A stretch of 36,473 nucleotides of DNA from Actinomycetota bacterium (lineage in GTDB: Bacteria; Actinomycetota; UBA4738; HRBIN12): positions 1-36,473 of the forward strand of contig JBGPKY010000003.1 in the NCBI GenBank assembly GCA_041486205.1. The letters run 5' to 3'. Position numbers and translations under genes: made by a program. The number at the start of each line of letters is the position of its first letter. Position 1 is the first letter of the stretch. The notes below the pieces were generated by a model that worked only from the letters and a program-made list of their open reading frames with translations, made no database searches and had not been told where the DNA came from. Of this stretch, positions 18,400 to 27,975 are shown one piece after another.

Positions 18400-19887
18400 T
18401 CAGCCCGCCGAGCGGTCCGCCCAGCGCTCGACGAAGCGGACGAGCGCCCGCGTGGGCGAGCCCGTCGCGCCTTCGGGCCACAGGTCGGTCTCGTGTTCGG
18501 CCCAGGCGGAGCTGCCGGTGTCCAGGTGAAGCCATGGCACGCCGTCCGCGACGAAATCCCGCAGGAACAACCCGGCCATCATGGCGCTGTCGATGCCGTG
18601 GTCGCCCACGTTCTTCACGTCGGCGATGTCGGAATCGATCAGCTTGCGATACGGCGTCCACAGCGGGATCTCCCATCCCGGCTCGCCGGCCTCGGCACCG
18701 GCCTCGATCAGCTCGGCGGTGAGCGCTCGGTCGGTTCCCATCACCGCCCACAGGTCGGCGCCCAAGCCGCTGCCGTCGGTCAGCGTGGCCGAGTCGAGGA
18801 TCACGGCCGGGTCCTTCTCGGAGAGGTAGGCGAGCACGTCGGCCAGGAGCACGCGGCCCTCGCCGTCCGTGTCGAGCACCTCTGACGTCCTTCCACCGCG
18901 ATGGCGAACGACGTCGCCCGGCCGGATCGCGCCGGCCCCGGGCATGTTCTCGGCGAAGGGCACGACGGCGATCAGGTTCACGCGGAGCTCCAGCTCGGCG
19001 ACCGCGCGAACCACCGCGAGCGCAGCCGCGGCTCCAGCCATGTCGGACTTCATCCACTCCAAGTCGCGATGCTTCAGTACGAGCCCGCCGGAGTCGAACG
19101 TGATGCCCTTGCCGCTTATGGCGATCGGCTGCGAACCCTCGGCGCCTCGCGAGTACGTGAGCTCAACCATCTGCGGCTCGTGTGCGCTCCCCATGCCGAC
19201 GCCGAGGACGCCTCCGAAGCCGCCGCGTTCGAGGTTGGCCTTGGTCCAGACCTTGCAGCGCACGCCGTGGTCGGCCGCCATCTGCCGGGCCGCCTCGGCG
19301 AGGATCTCCGGCGTCGCGTCGGCCGCCGGCGTGTTCACCAGGTCGCGCACCCAGTTCGTCGCCGCTCCGATGATCGCGCCACGGCGAAGGCCCTCGCCCG
19401 CGTCTTCGGCGACGAGCTCTCGGACGGTCGCGACCTTCGATGGCTCGCCGCCGTCCTTCTTGTACCTTTCGAACCGGTACGCCCCGAGTAGGAACCCCTC
19501 GGTGAAGGCCCGCGCGGAGTCCGCCACCGACGGGCCGAGCTGCGGGATGGTGCTTGCGACCGAACGGTGTTCCACCGACGCGGTGCCCGTCCGCATCCCC
19601 GCCTCGCGAACGGCATCCGTTCCGGCGTCCGCCCCCGCCCCCACGCCGAGCAGTAGCACGTTACGCGCGCCGATAGACCCGCAACCCGGGACCGCCAGCG
19701 AATCGCCGGCGGCTCCCTTGGACCCGTTGCCGCGCAAGATGTTCAGGAGGTCGATGCCCATCGCATCCGCCACGTCCGCGACACCCGGTCCGGGCGCGGG
19801 ACCATCTAAGACCGGCAGTACGAGTAGATCCACCTTCTCCGAGACGGCGGGTCTCTCGGAGACCTCGAACCGCTGGCCGCCGCTCAC
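18400..19887 (-). CDS. M17 leucyl aminopeptidase family protein
   Basis: RDLVNTP, GKGITFDSGG, MKSDMAG, TDGEGR and WLHLD; GTGA overlap with the upstream stop. Confidence 0.88.
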   Translation of the reverse strand: MSGGQRFEVSERPAVSEKVDLLVLPVLDGPAPGPGVADVADAMGIDLLNILRGNGSKGAAGDSLAVPGCGSIGARNVLLLGVGAGADAGTDAVREAGMRTGTASVEHRSVASTIPQLGPSVADSARAFTEGFLLGAYRFERYKKDGGEPSKVATVRELVAEDAGEGLRRGAIIGAATNWVRDLVNTPAADATPEILAEAARQMAADHGVRCKVWTKANLERGGFGGVLGVGMGSAHEPQMVELTYSRGAEGSQPIAISGKGITFDSGGLVLKHRDLEWMKSDMAGAAAALAVVRAVAELELRVNLIAVVPFAENMPGAGAIRPGDVVRHRGGRTSEVLDTDGEGRVLLADVLAYLSEKDPAVILDSATLTDGSGLGADLWAVMGTDRALTAELIEAGAEAGEPGWEIPLWTPYRKLIDSDIADVKNVGDHGIDSAMMAGLFLRDFVADGVPWLHLDTGSSAWAEHETDLWPEGATGSPTRALVRFVERWADRSAG

Positions 19888-20912
19888 GTGGCCAGGCCTC
19901 GCCACGCAGCCGCAGCCGCGTCGCAGTCCGTCGCCGAGACGTCCTGGTGCGTCACGAATCGAACCTTCCCGCCGACGGTGTTCACGAGCACGCCGGCGCC
20001 CGCGAGACGCGCGGCGGCCTCGTCGGCCGTCAGGCCGAGCGGGGCGGGATCGGCGAACAGGATGTTCGTGCGAACGCGGGCGAGGTCGATCGCCTCCGGC
20101 GTCGCGTCGGCGATGGCTTCAGCGAGCCGCCTCGCGTTCTCGTGGTCCTCGTGCAGCCGCTTCGGGCTCTTCTCCAGCGCGACCAGGCCGGCGGCCGCGG
20201 TGATCCCCGCTTGCCGCCAAGAGATGCCGAACAGGATCTTCGTCTTGCGAGCCTCATCGATGAAGTCCGCCGAACCGCAGAGCATGGAACCGATCGGCGC
20301 GCCGAGCCCCTTCGAGAGGCAGAACATCATGGCGTCGACCTCGGTTGCGTACTCGGCGACGGGCGTCCCCGTAGCGACGCTCGCGTTGAACACGCGCGAG
20401 GCGTCCATGTAGAGCGGCAGTCCGGCGTCGTTCACGACCTTCCGAACAGCGCGAAGTTCATCGATCGGCCACGGCGTTCCGCCTCCGACCTGGTGCGTGT
20501 TCTCGACCGATACGAGATCGACCACCGGTCCGCGGTCGGGGTCGGGCTCCAGCGAAGCGACGACTGCCTCGGCCGTCATCACGCCGTCGTCGGTCGGCAC
20601 CTGACGGAACGCGATGCCGGACAGGAGCGACGAGGTTGCGACCTCGATGCCGCAGACGTGCGAGTTCGCGGCGCATGAGATGAAATGCCCGGGCCGCGCG
20701 TGGATGTGCATCGCCACCTGGTTGCACATGGTTCCGGTGACGAGGTAGATGGCGGCTTCCTTCCCCGTCAGCTCGGCTGCCTTCTCCTGCAATCGGTTCA
20801 CGGTGGGGTCGTCGTCGTATTCGGCGTCGCCGACCTCTGCCTCGGCCATGGCGCGGCGCATCGCAGGGGTCGGCCGGGTGACGGTGTCGGATCGGAGATC
20901 GATGGGTCGCAC
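19884..20912 (-). CDS. Low-specificity L-threonine aldolase family PLP enzyme (LtaE-like, divergent)
   Basis: [30 protein letters not shown] and [12 protein letters not shown] (PLP lysine). Confidence 0.87.
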   Translation of the reverse strand: MRPIDLRSDTVTRPTPAMRRAMAEAEVGDAEYDDDPTVNRLQEKAAELTGKEAAIYLVTGTMCNQVAMHIHARPGHFISCAANSHVCGIEVATSSLLSGIAFRQVPTDDGVMTAEAVVASLEPDPDRGPVVDLVSVENTHQVGGGTPWPIDELRAVRKVVNDAGLPLYMDASRVFNASVATGTPVAEYATEVDAMMFCLSKGLGAPIGSMLCGSADFIDEARKTKILFGISWRQAGITAAAGLVALEKSPKRLHEDHENARRLAEAIADATPEAIDLARVRTNILFADPAPLGLTADEAAARLAGAGVLVNTVGGKVRFVTHQDVSATDCDAAAAAWRGLAT

Positions 20913-20937
20913 GGTCGCCCATTATGCCGGTTCGTGG

Positions 20938-20965
20938 CGGGTCGTTCGGCCTTGCAAACGACCCG
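20938..20965. promoter_or_regulatory. Candidate operator (inverted repeat) in the divergent promoter region
   Basis: CGGGTCGTT-N10-AACGACCCG. It overlaps TTGCAA-N18-GACGAT (+) and lies upstream of CATAAT (-, 20926-20921). Confidence 0.4.
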
Positions 20966-21047
20966 GCGTCCGGGGGACGATTGGCCGGGCCGCGGGTGAG
21001 CGCGGCCGGTCTGTCACCGTTCCGCCGGAAGCTCAGGGGGGATAGGC

Positions 21048-22685
21048 ATGAAGAAGTGGCTGCTCGGCGTCGTGGTCCTGTTCCTCGTTTCCTCCGCCTG
21101 CTCCAGCGGCGTCGACACCGGAAGCAAGACCGGCGGGTTCCTCCGGCTCGCGGCGAGCGACTTCATCGACTCGATGAACCCCTACGTCGGGCAGAACGAC
21201 GACGCCTACAGCGCCTACCAGTACATCTACCCTTACCTGGTCCAGTTCGAATCGAAGACCCTCGACTACGTCCCGGACTTCGCAACGAGCTGGGAAACGT
21301 CGAAGGATCAGCTCACCTGGACCTTCCACTTGGCCGAGGGCGCCAAGTGGTCGGACGGCCAGCCGTTGACCTCGGCCGACGTCGCCTGGTCCTACAACAC
21401 CGACATCAAGTTCCAGGACGGGCCGACCGCGGGCAGCGCAGGCTCGATCGCGCACCTGACCAAGGTCACGACCCCCGACGATCACACGGCCGTCCTGCAC
21501 TACTCGCAGCCGGTGCCGATGGTCCTCGCGAACGCGCAGCAGGTCGCGATCCTTCCCGAACACATCTGGGGACAGTACGCGGCCGGAGACGGCAAGGCGT
21601 TGAAGACCTTCTCGAACCTTCCGGCCACCGGGCAGCCCGTGGTGTCGGGCGGGCCGTTCATGGTCACGGAGTTCAAACCGGATGAGGTCGCGATCTTCGA
21701 GAAGAACCCGAACTACTACGGGACGCCCGCGATCATCGACCGGTTCGCCTTGACGTACTTCTCGAACGAAGACGCCGAGATCACCGCGATAAAGACCGGC
21801 CAGCTCGACGCGATCGAGAGCGTGCCGGTGACCTCCGTCCAGACGCTGCAGGACGCCGGCGTCAACGTCTTCAAAGGACCCGGCCTCACGGAGCGGGACT
21901 TCATCATCAACTCGAACCCGAACAGGACCACGCATCGCGAGCTGCTGGATCCGAAGGTTCGGGAGGCCTTCGAGTACGCGATCGACCGTCAGAAGATCGT
22001 GGCCACCGCCTGGCTCGGGTACGCGGACCCGGCGGCGGCGGTCGTGCCGCCGGCGACGGGCGACTGGCACGACGCGTCCATCCAGCCGCTGCCGTTCGAC
22101 CTCGCCAAGGCGAACGCGCTGCTCGACGAGGCGGGCTACAAGAAGGGCTCGGACGGCATCCGGATCGGCCTCGACGGCCCGATGGCCTACGACGTGCTCT
22201 TCCCGGGAAGCGAGCGCGGCGCCGGCGACCGCGCGTTCCAGATCATCCAGAGCGACTTCCTCCAGATCGGCGTGAAGCTAACGCAGCGGCCGATGGGTGG
22301 TGGAGCCGTCTTCTCGCTCATGGCCGACGACAACTACAAGACGTTCGATCTAGCGATGTGGAACTGGACGCCGCCGATCGACCCGGACTTCGTTCTCTCG
22401 GTGTTGACGTGCAAGCAGTACGGCAACTGGAGCGACAGCGGCTACTGCAACCCCGCCTACGACAACCTCTACGCCGCGCAGGGCAGCGAGATGGATCCGC
22501 AGAAGCGACTGCAGATCGTGTACGAGATGCAGAAGATGATCTACAACGACCGGCCGTACATAATGCTAACCTACGGCCAGACCATCGACGCTTGGACGCC
22601 GAAGTGGGACGGGTTCGTCCAGTCGGTGCAGGGCCTGTTCCCGTTCATCTCGAAGGAAAGCCTGACGCAGGTGCACCAGGTCTAG
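21048..22685 (+). CDS. ABC transporter substrate-binding lipoprotein, family 5 (OppA/DppA-like)
   Basis: Lipobox-like VSSAC; ATSW..S.D.LTWTFHL..GAKWSDGQPLTSADV, GPF, NPNY and VREAF.YAIDR. Confidence 0.92.
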   Translation: MKKWLLGVVVLFLVSSACSSGVDTGSKTGGFLRLAASDFIDSMNPYVGQNDDAYSAYQYIYPYLVQFESKTLDYVPDFATSWETSKDQLTWTFHLAEGAKWSDGQPLTSADVAWSYNTDIKFQDGPTAGSAGSIAHLTKVTTPDDHTAVLHYSQPVPMVLANAQQVAILPEHIWGQYAAGDGKALKTFSNLPATGQPVVSGGPFMVTEFKPDEVAIFEKNPNYYGTPAIIDRFALTYFSNEDAEITAIKTGQLDAIESVPVTSVQTLQDAGVNVFKGPGLTERDFIINSNPNRTTHRELLDPKVREAFEYAIDRQKIVATAWLGYADPAAAVVPPATGDWHDASIQPLPFDLAKANALLDEAGYKKGSDGIRIGLDGPMAYDVLFPGSERGAGDRAFQIIQSDFLQIGVKLTQRPMGGGAVFSLMADDNYKTFDLAMWNWTPPIDPDFVLSVLTCKQYGNWSDSGYCNPAYDNLYAAQGSEMDPQKRLQIVYEMQKMIYNDRPYIMLTYGQTIDAWTPKWDGFVQSVQGLFPFISKESLTQVHQV

Positions 22686-22699
22686 GCCGAGAGCCATCG

Positions 22700-23662
22700 A
22701 TGCGCGGGGCCGACTACGTCATCAAGCGAACGGCGTTCGCGCTGATCACGATCTTCGTCGCCATCACCCTGAACTTCGTCCTGTTCCGCGCGCTTCCGGG
22801 AAGCGCGGTCTCCGACCTCGCGCGCGTGCCACACGCCACGCCGCAGCTCAAGGCGGCTCTGACGAAAGAGTTCGGCCTGGACAAGCCGATGTGGGAGCAG
22901 TACCTGCTGTACCTGAAGGAGCTCACACACGGGAACTTCGGCGTTTCGTACGTGAACCAGCAGCCTGTCTGGAACAACCTGCGGACCGCGCTCGGGAACA
23001 CGATCCCGATGGTCCTGCTCGGAACGTTGATCGCGATGGTGCTCGGGATCTTCACGGGCGTCGTGTCGGCGTGGCGGCGGGGGACCGCGGTCGACCACGC
23101 CAGCACGAACCTCGCGATCGCCTTCTACGCCGTTCCGACGCAATGGCTCGGACTGGTGCTGATCATCGTGTTCGCGAAGTACCTGCCGACCTACGGCCGC
23201 ACGAACGTCTACCTCCTCGCGCCCACGTTCTGGCAGCACCTGAAGGACGTGATGATCCACATGCTGATGCCATCGACCACGCTTGCGCTCACCCTGTACG
23301 GCGAGTACACGCTGATCGTTCGCTCGGCCATGCTCGAAACGCTAGGAGAGGACTACGTGCTGACCGCGCGCGCGAAGGGCCTGACGGGATGGGCGGTCGT
23401 GAGGGACCACGCGTTCCGCAACGCGATGCTGCCTACGGTCACGTTGATGGCGCTTTCGCTCGGCTACGTCGTCGCCGGGGCGATCCTCGTGGAGGCCGTC
23501 TTCTCGTGGCCGGGGATCGGGCGCGCCGTCTACGAATCGGTGTTCAACAACGACTACCCGATGCTGCAGGGAGCGTTCCTGATCCTCACGCTTTCGGTCG
23601 TGTTCTTCAACTTCGTGGCCGATCTCCTGTACTTCCGGCTCGATCCGAGGATCACGGCATGA
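22700..23662 (+). CDS. Peptide ABC transporter permease (OppB/DppB-like)
   Basis: FGLDKP..EQY, EAA loop DYVLTARAKGL, HAFRNA, VEAVFSWPGIG and LDPRI. Confidence 0.92.
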   Translation: MRGADYVIKRTAFALITIFVAITLNFVLFRALPGSAVSDLARVPHATPQLKAALTKEFGLDKPMWEQYLLYLKELTHGNFGVSYVNQQPVWNNLRTALGNTIPMVLLGTLIAMVLGIFTGVVSAWRRGTAVDHASTNLAIAFYAVPTQWLGLVLIIVFAKYLPTYGRTNVYLLAPTFWQHLKDVMIHMLMPSTTLALTLYGEYTLIVRSAMLETLGEDYVLTARAKGLTGWAVVRDHAFRNAMLPTVTLMALSLGYVVAGAILVEAVFSWPGIGRAVYESVFNNDYPMLQGAFLILTLSVVFFNFVADLLYFRLDPRITA

Positions 23663-24615
23663 GCCGCCTCTTCATCGAGCCCGGCCTCGCCGATGCTGAG
23701 CCGTCCAAACGCGCTCGCGGATCGCTGCTCTGGGACGTCGTTCGCGAGCGGCCGTCTGCGGCGATCGGGGCGGCGCTCCTCGGAACCTTCGTCCTCATCG
23801 CGGTGTTCGCGCGACTGATCGAGCCGTACGGGATCCATCAGCAGGTGGGGCCCGTGTTCCAGCGGCCGTCCGCCCACCACTGGCTCGGCCTGGACGATGG
23901 GGGGGTCGACATGGTCAGCCTGCTCATCGAGGGAGCGCGTATCTCGCTGACGGTTGGTTTCGCGGCGGCGCTCGTCGCGACGTTCATCGGCGGCGGCATC
24001 GGGGTCCTCGCCGGCTACTTCGGAGGCTGGACGGATGTCGTCTTGATGCGGATCACCGACTACTTCTTGGTCGTTCCAGACGTGCCCCTGATGATCGTCG
24101 TCGCGGCGATCTGGGGGCCGAGCTTGTTCCACATCATCGTGGTGATCGGGATCCTCCTGTGGACGACGACGGCGCGCATCATCCGCGCGCAGGTGAAGAG
24201 CGTGCGCGAGCGTGTCTACGTGAAGCGCGCTCGCTCGCTCGGGGCCGGGAACTTCCGGCTGATATTCCGCCACGTTCTGCCGCAGGTCGCCCCGCTCATG
24301 ATCGCGAACGTAGTGCTCACGATCGCGGTCGCGATCTTCGACGAGACCGCGTTGGCGTTCCTAGGCCTCGGCGACCCGACGAGCACGTCGTGGGGAACGA
24401 TCATCGAGCACGCGTTCCTTCGAACCGCGATGAGCCGCGGCGCGTGGTGGGCGATCGTGCCGCCGGGCGTGTGCGTCGCGCTCGTGGTGATGGGCTGCTA
24501 CCTGCTCGGGCAGGCGATCGAGGACGCGCTCAACCCGCGTCTTCGCGTCGCGCACCTTTCCGTGAAGACCTTCCGGCTGAGGCCTCTCGCTGGCCGTAGC
24601 GAGGAGGCGGTTTGA
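23659..24615 (+). CDS. Peptide ABC transporter permease (OppC/DppC-like)
   Basis: HWLGLDDGG.D, GARISL.VG, YVKRARSLGA, RHVLP and LAFLGLG...SWG. Confidence 0.92.
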   Translation: MSRLFIEPGLADAEPSKRARGSLLWDVVRERPSAAIGAALLGTFVLIAVFARLIEPYGIHQQVGPVFQRPSAHHWLGLDDGGVDMVSLLIEGARISLTVGFAAALVATFIGGGIGVLAGYFGGWTDVVLMRITDYFLVVPDVPLMIVVAAIWGPSLFHIIVVIGILLWTTTARIIRAQVKSVRERVYVKRARSLGAGNFRLIFRHVLPQVAPLMIANVVLTIAVAIFDETALAFLGLGDPTSTSWGTIIEHAFLRTAMSRGAWWAIVPPGVCVALVVMGCYLLGQAIEDALNPRLRVAHLSVKTFRLRPLAGRSEEAV

Positions 24616-25586
24616 GCTCGCCCCTGCTCGAGGTCCGCGACCTCCACGTGTGGTTCGACCTCCCGCGTCACCGCGAGCTGCACGCGGTGCAGGGAGTGAG
24701 TTTCGAGCTCGAAGCAGGCGACCGCCTCGGACTCGTCGGGGAATCCGGCTGCGGCAAGACCACTGCGATCCTCGCGGTGATGGGGCTGCTGCCGCCTTCG
24801 GCATCGGTTGCCGGCAGCGTGCTGCTCGACGGTGAGAACGTGCTCGTCGGCGGCGAGGACTCCGTTCGCCCGCACCGCTGGGTCGACGTAGCGATGGTGT
24901 TCCAGGGCGCGATGAACGCGCTGAACCCGGTGAAGACCGTTGCATCGCAGATCGCCGAGCCGATGGAGCTGCACGGCACCGCGTCGGGTGCCGACGCTCG
25001 CCGGCGTGCCGGCGATCTGCTGGAGATGGTCGGGATCGGGGCGGAGGCCGGCGAGCGCTACCCCCACGAGTTCTCCGGCGTGATGCGACAGCGGGCGGCG
25101 ATCGCGATGGCTCTGGCTTGCGGGCCGAAGCTCCTGCTGGCCGACGAACCGACGACCGCGCTCGACGTGATGGTGCAGGCCCAGATCCTAGAATTGCTTG
25201 TCGCGCTGACCAAGGATCTGGGCCTGACCCTCGTCCTGGTGACGCACGACCTACCTGTGGTCGCTCAGGTGTGCGATCGAGCGGCCGTCATGTACGCGGG
25301 CGAGATCGTCGAATCTGGACCGATGGACGCGTTGTTCCACGAGCCGCGCCATCCGTACACCCGGCTGCTGTTCGCGGCGACTCCGGACCTATACGGCGAG
25401 GACGAGGTCCTCTCGATCCCGGGGGCGCCGCCGCGGCTGGACGAGCCCCTCGTCGGATGCCCATTCCGGCCCCGTTGCGACCGAGCGTTCGATCGGTGCG
25501 TGACTGAGCACCCGTCGCCGAAGCCCGTCGCCGAACGCCACATGGCCGCTTGCCACCTGAACGACGTCCCGGCGGCGTCGGCATGA
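24612..25586 (+). CDS. Peptide ABC transporter ATP-binding subunit (OppD-like)
   Basis: GESGCGKT, signature FSGVMRQR (atypical), ADEPTTALD, HPYT and C-terminal GCPF.PRC...C...ACH. Confidence 0.92.
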   Translation: MSSPLLEVRDLHVWFDLPRHRELHAVQGVSFELEAGDRLGLVGESGCGKTTAILAVMGLLPPSASVAGSVLLDGENVLVGGEDSVRPHRWVDVAMVFQGAMNALNPVKTVASQIAEPMELHGTASGADARRRAGDLLEMVGIGAEAGERYPHEFSGVMRQRAAIAMALACGPKLLLADEPTTALDVMVQAQILELLVALTKDLGLTLVLVTHDLPVVAQVCDRAAVMYAGEIVESGPMDALFHEPRHPYTRLLFAATPDLYGEDEVLSIPGAPPRLDEPLVGCPFRPRCDRAFDRCVTEHPSPKPVAERHMAACHLNDVPAASA

Positions 25587-26644
25587 GCGGCCGCGACGAC
25601 GGTTCGGCGCTCCTCGAGGTCCAGGGTCTCGTGGTGACGTATCCGGTCCGCCGCGGCATCGTGGGCGCGCTCCGGCGCCGTCCTCGGCGCTACGTGCACG
25701 CGGTCGACGGTGTCTCGCTCACTGTTCGAACGGGCGAGATGCTCGCGCTCGTCGGAGAGTCTGGTTGCGGGAAGACGACGACGGCGCAGGCGATCCTCGG
25801 GATGGTTCCCACGGTATCCGGCGAGATCATGTTCCGGGGAGAAGACGTCACGGCGCTCGGGCCGCGGGCGATGCGGCCCATCCGCCGCAAGATGCAGCTG
25901 GTGTACCAGGACCCTTACGAGTCGCTCGACCCACGCTTCCGGGTACGCGCGACGGTCGCCGAGCCGCTCCGCATCCACCGCGTAGGAGGATCGAAGGACG
26001 ACCGCGACCGCAGGGTCGTCGACGCACTGCAGCGCGCCGAGATGCAACCGCCCGAGCTGTACGCCGACCGTTACCCGCACGAGCTATCCGGCGGCCAGCG
26101 TCAGCGCGTGGCGATCGCGGCGAGCCTCGTCCTCGATCCGGAGCTGCTCGTCGCCGACGAGCCGGTCTCGATGCTCGACGTCTCGGTCCGCGCCGGCGTG
26201 CTTTCGCTCATCGACGGGCTGCGCAGACGCGGGGACGTCGGGGTGCTGATGATCACGCACGACCTCTCGACGGCGGCGCACTTCGCCGACCGGATCGCCG
26301 TGATGTACCTCGGACGGATCGTGGAAGAGGGACCGGCGCGCGAGATCGTCCGCGACCCGCGACATCCGTATACCAAGGCGTTGTTGTCGGTGGTCCCCAA
26401 ACGTGACCCGCGCGACCGAACGACGCCCCAGATCCTGTCGGGCGAGACGCCGAACCCCGTCGACGTGCCCTCGGGGTGCCGGTTCCACCCGCGGTGCCCG
26501 GTGGCGGAGGACCGGTGCCGCTCGATCGATCCTCGGCTCGCCCCGGTGGAGCCCGGCCGAGGGGACCACAGCGCCGCGTGCGTGCTTGTCAGCGGCGAGG
26601 GGGAGGTCCGTATGATGGCGGGAGATTCCTCGGGAGGCACGTGA
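25583..26644 (+). CDS. Peptide ABC transporter ATP-binding subunit (OppF-like)
   Basis: AVDGVS, GESGCGKTT, LSGGQRQR, ADEPVSMLD, HPYT and GCRFHPRCP. Confidence 0.92.
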   Translation: MSGRDDGSALLEVQGLVVTYPVRRGIVGALRRRPRRYVHAVDGVSLTVRTGEMLALVGESGCGKTTTAQAILGMVPTVSGEIMFRGEDVTALGPRAMRPIRRKMQLVYQDPYESLDPRFRVRATVAEPLRIHRVGGSKDDRDRRVVDALQRAEMQPPELYADRYPHELSGGQRQRVAIAASLVLDPELLVADEPVSMLDVSVRAGVLSLIDGLRRRGDVGVLMITHDLSTAAHFADRIAVMYLGRIVEEGPAREIVRDPRHPYTKALLSVVPKRDPRDRTTPQILSGETPNPVDVPSGCRFHPRCPVAEDRCRSIDPRLAPVEPGRGDHSAACVLVSGEGEVRMMAGDSSGGT

Positions 26645-27975
26645 TGGACCTCGAAGCCCGCTTCCGCGAAACACACGCGAGATCCGCCGACCTGTTCGCT
26701 CGCGCGTCCGAACTGTTGCCCGGCGGGGTCGGCAGCAGCGCCCGCAGCGCCCGCGCCGGCTGGTTGCCCTACCCGCCGTTCATCGCGAACGGCAACGGCT
26801 CGCACGTGTCCGATGCTGACGGCATCGACTATGTCGACTACCTCATGGGCCTCGGCCCGATGCTGTTCGGTCATCGCCCGCCGGAGATCACGGCCGCGGT
26901 CGTGGACGCAGTGCAGAAGATCGGCACGGTGTTCGGTCTTCCGTACGAGCTGGAAGCCATCGCGGCGCAGAAGGTTTGCGATGCCGTGCCGGGCGTCGAC
27001 ATGATCCGTTTCGCGAGCAGCGGCAGCGAGGCCGTGGGAACCGCTGTGCGGCTAGCGCGCGCCGTGACCGGGCGGAAGTACATCCTTCGGTTCGAAGGCA
27101 TGTATCACGGCTGGATGGACACGGTGTACTGGAGCAACCACCCGGACCCCTCGACGGCTGGCCCCGCCGACCGGCCGGTCACTGTCCCTGCCGGCCGCGG
27201 CATGCTGCCCGAAATGGGCGAGTCGCTGATCGTGTTGTCCTGGAACGATCCCGACTCGGTGAAGCAGCTGATGGCCGAGCGGGGCGACGAGATCGCTGCC
27301 GTCATCACCGAGCCGGTGATGCTGAACACAGGCTGCATCCTTCCCGAGCCCGGCTACCTCGAACTGCTGCGCCAACTGGCGACGGAGCACGGGTCGTTGC
27401 TGATCTTCGACGAGGTCATCACCGGGTTCCGCTTCGCGCGCGGGGGCGCGCAGGAGTTCTACGGGGTTCTCCCCGACCTCACGACGATGGCCAAGGGCCT
27501 CGGCGGTGGGTTCCCCGTTGCGGCGATCGGCGGCAAGCGCGATGTCATGGAAGCGATCGCCGACGGCCGTTACTCGCATTCGGGCACCTACAACTCGAAC
27601 GTGATCCAGATGGCTGCGGTCTCGGCGACGATGGACCTGCTCACGCCCGAGCGCTACGCGGCCGCGCGCGCGCTCGGCGGCGAGCTGATGGAGGGGCTGC
27701 AACGGCTGGCGAGCGATGCCGGCATTCCCGCGCGAGTCGTCGGTCTCGGCACGGTGTTCCAGATCTGGTTCGCCGAGGAGCCGATCCGCAACTGGCGCGA
27801 CGCTGCGCGCTTCGCGAACGAGGAGCGCTTCACCCGGTGGTGGCGGGAGATGATGGGTCGCGGGGTGCTCTTCCACCCGGCGCCCTTCGAGAACCTGTTC
27901 GTCTCGTTCGCGCACACCCGCGGGGACGTCGACCGGACCCTTCACGCCGCCGAGCAAGCGATGGGTGCGCTGTGA
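26644..27975 (+). CDS. Class III aminotransferase, glutamate-1-semialdehyde aminomutase-like (probably not HemL)
   Basis: PGGV, YVDY.MG.GP, SGSEA, FEGMYHG, FDEVITGFR, AKGLGGGFP and HSGTY; GGAGG RBS and TGATG overlap. Confidence 0.85.
   Translation: MDLEARFRETHARSADLFARASELLPGGVGSSARSARAGWLPYPPFIANGNGSHVSDADGIDYVDYLMGLGPMLFGHRPPEITAAVVDAVQKIGTVFGLPYELEAIAAQKVCDAVPGVDMIRFASSGSEAVGTAVRLARAVTGRKYILRFEGMYHGWMDTVYWSNHPDPSTAGPADRPVTVPAGRGMLPEMGESLIVLSWNDPDSVKQLMAERGDEIAAVITEPVMLNTGCILPEPGYLELLRQLATEHGSLLIFDEVITGFRFARGGAQEFYGVLPDLTTMAKGLGGGFPVAAIGGKRDVMEAIADGRYSHSGTYNSNVIQMAAVSATMDLLTPERYAAARALGGELMEGLQRLASDAGIPARVVGLGTVFQIWFAEEPIRNWRDAARFANEERFTRWWREMMGRGVLFHPAPFENLFVSFAHTRGDVDRTLHAAEQAMGAL

Noticed and set aside
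26644-27975. hemL assignment
   Set aside because: PGGVGSSAR replaces PGGVNSPVR, there are no heme genes nearby, and it is coupled to a transporter and a sugar kinase.
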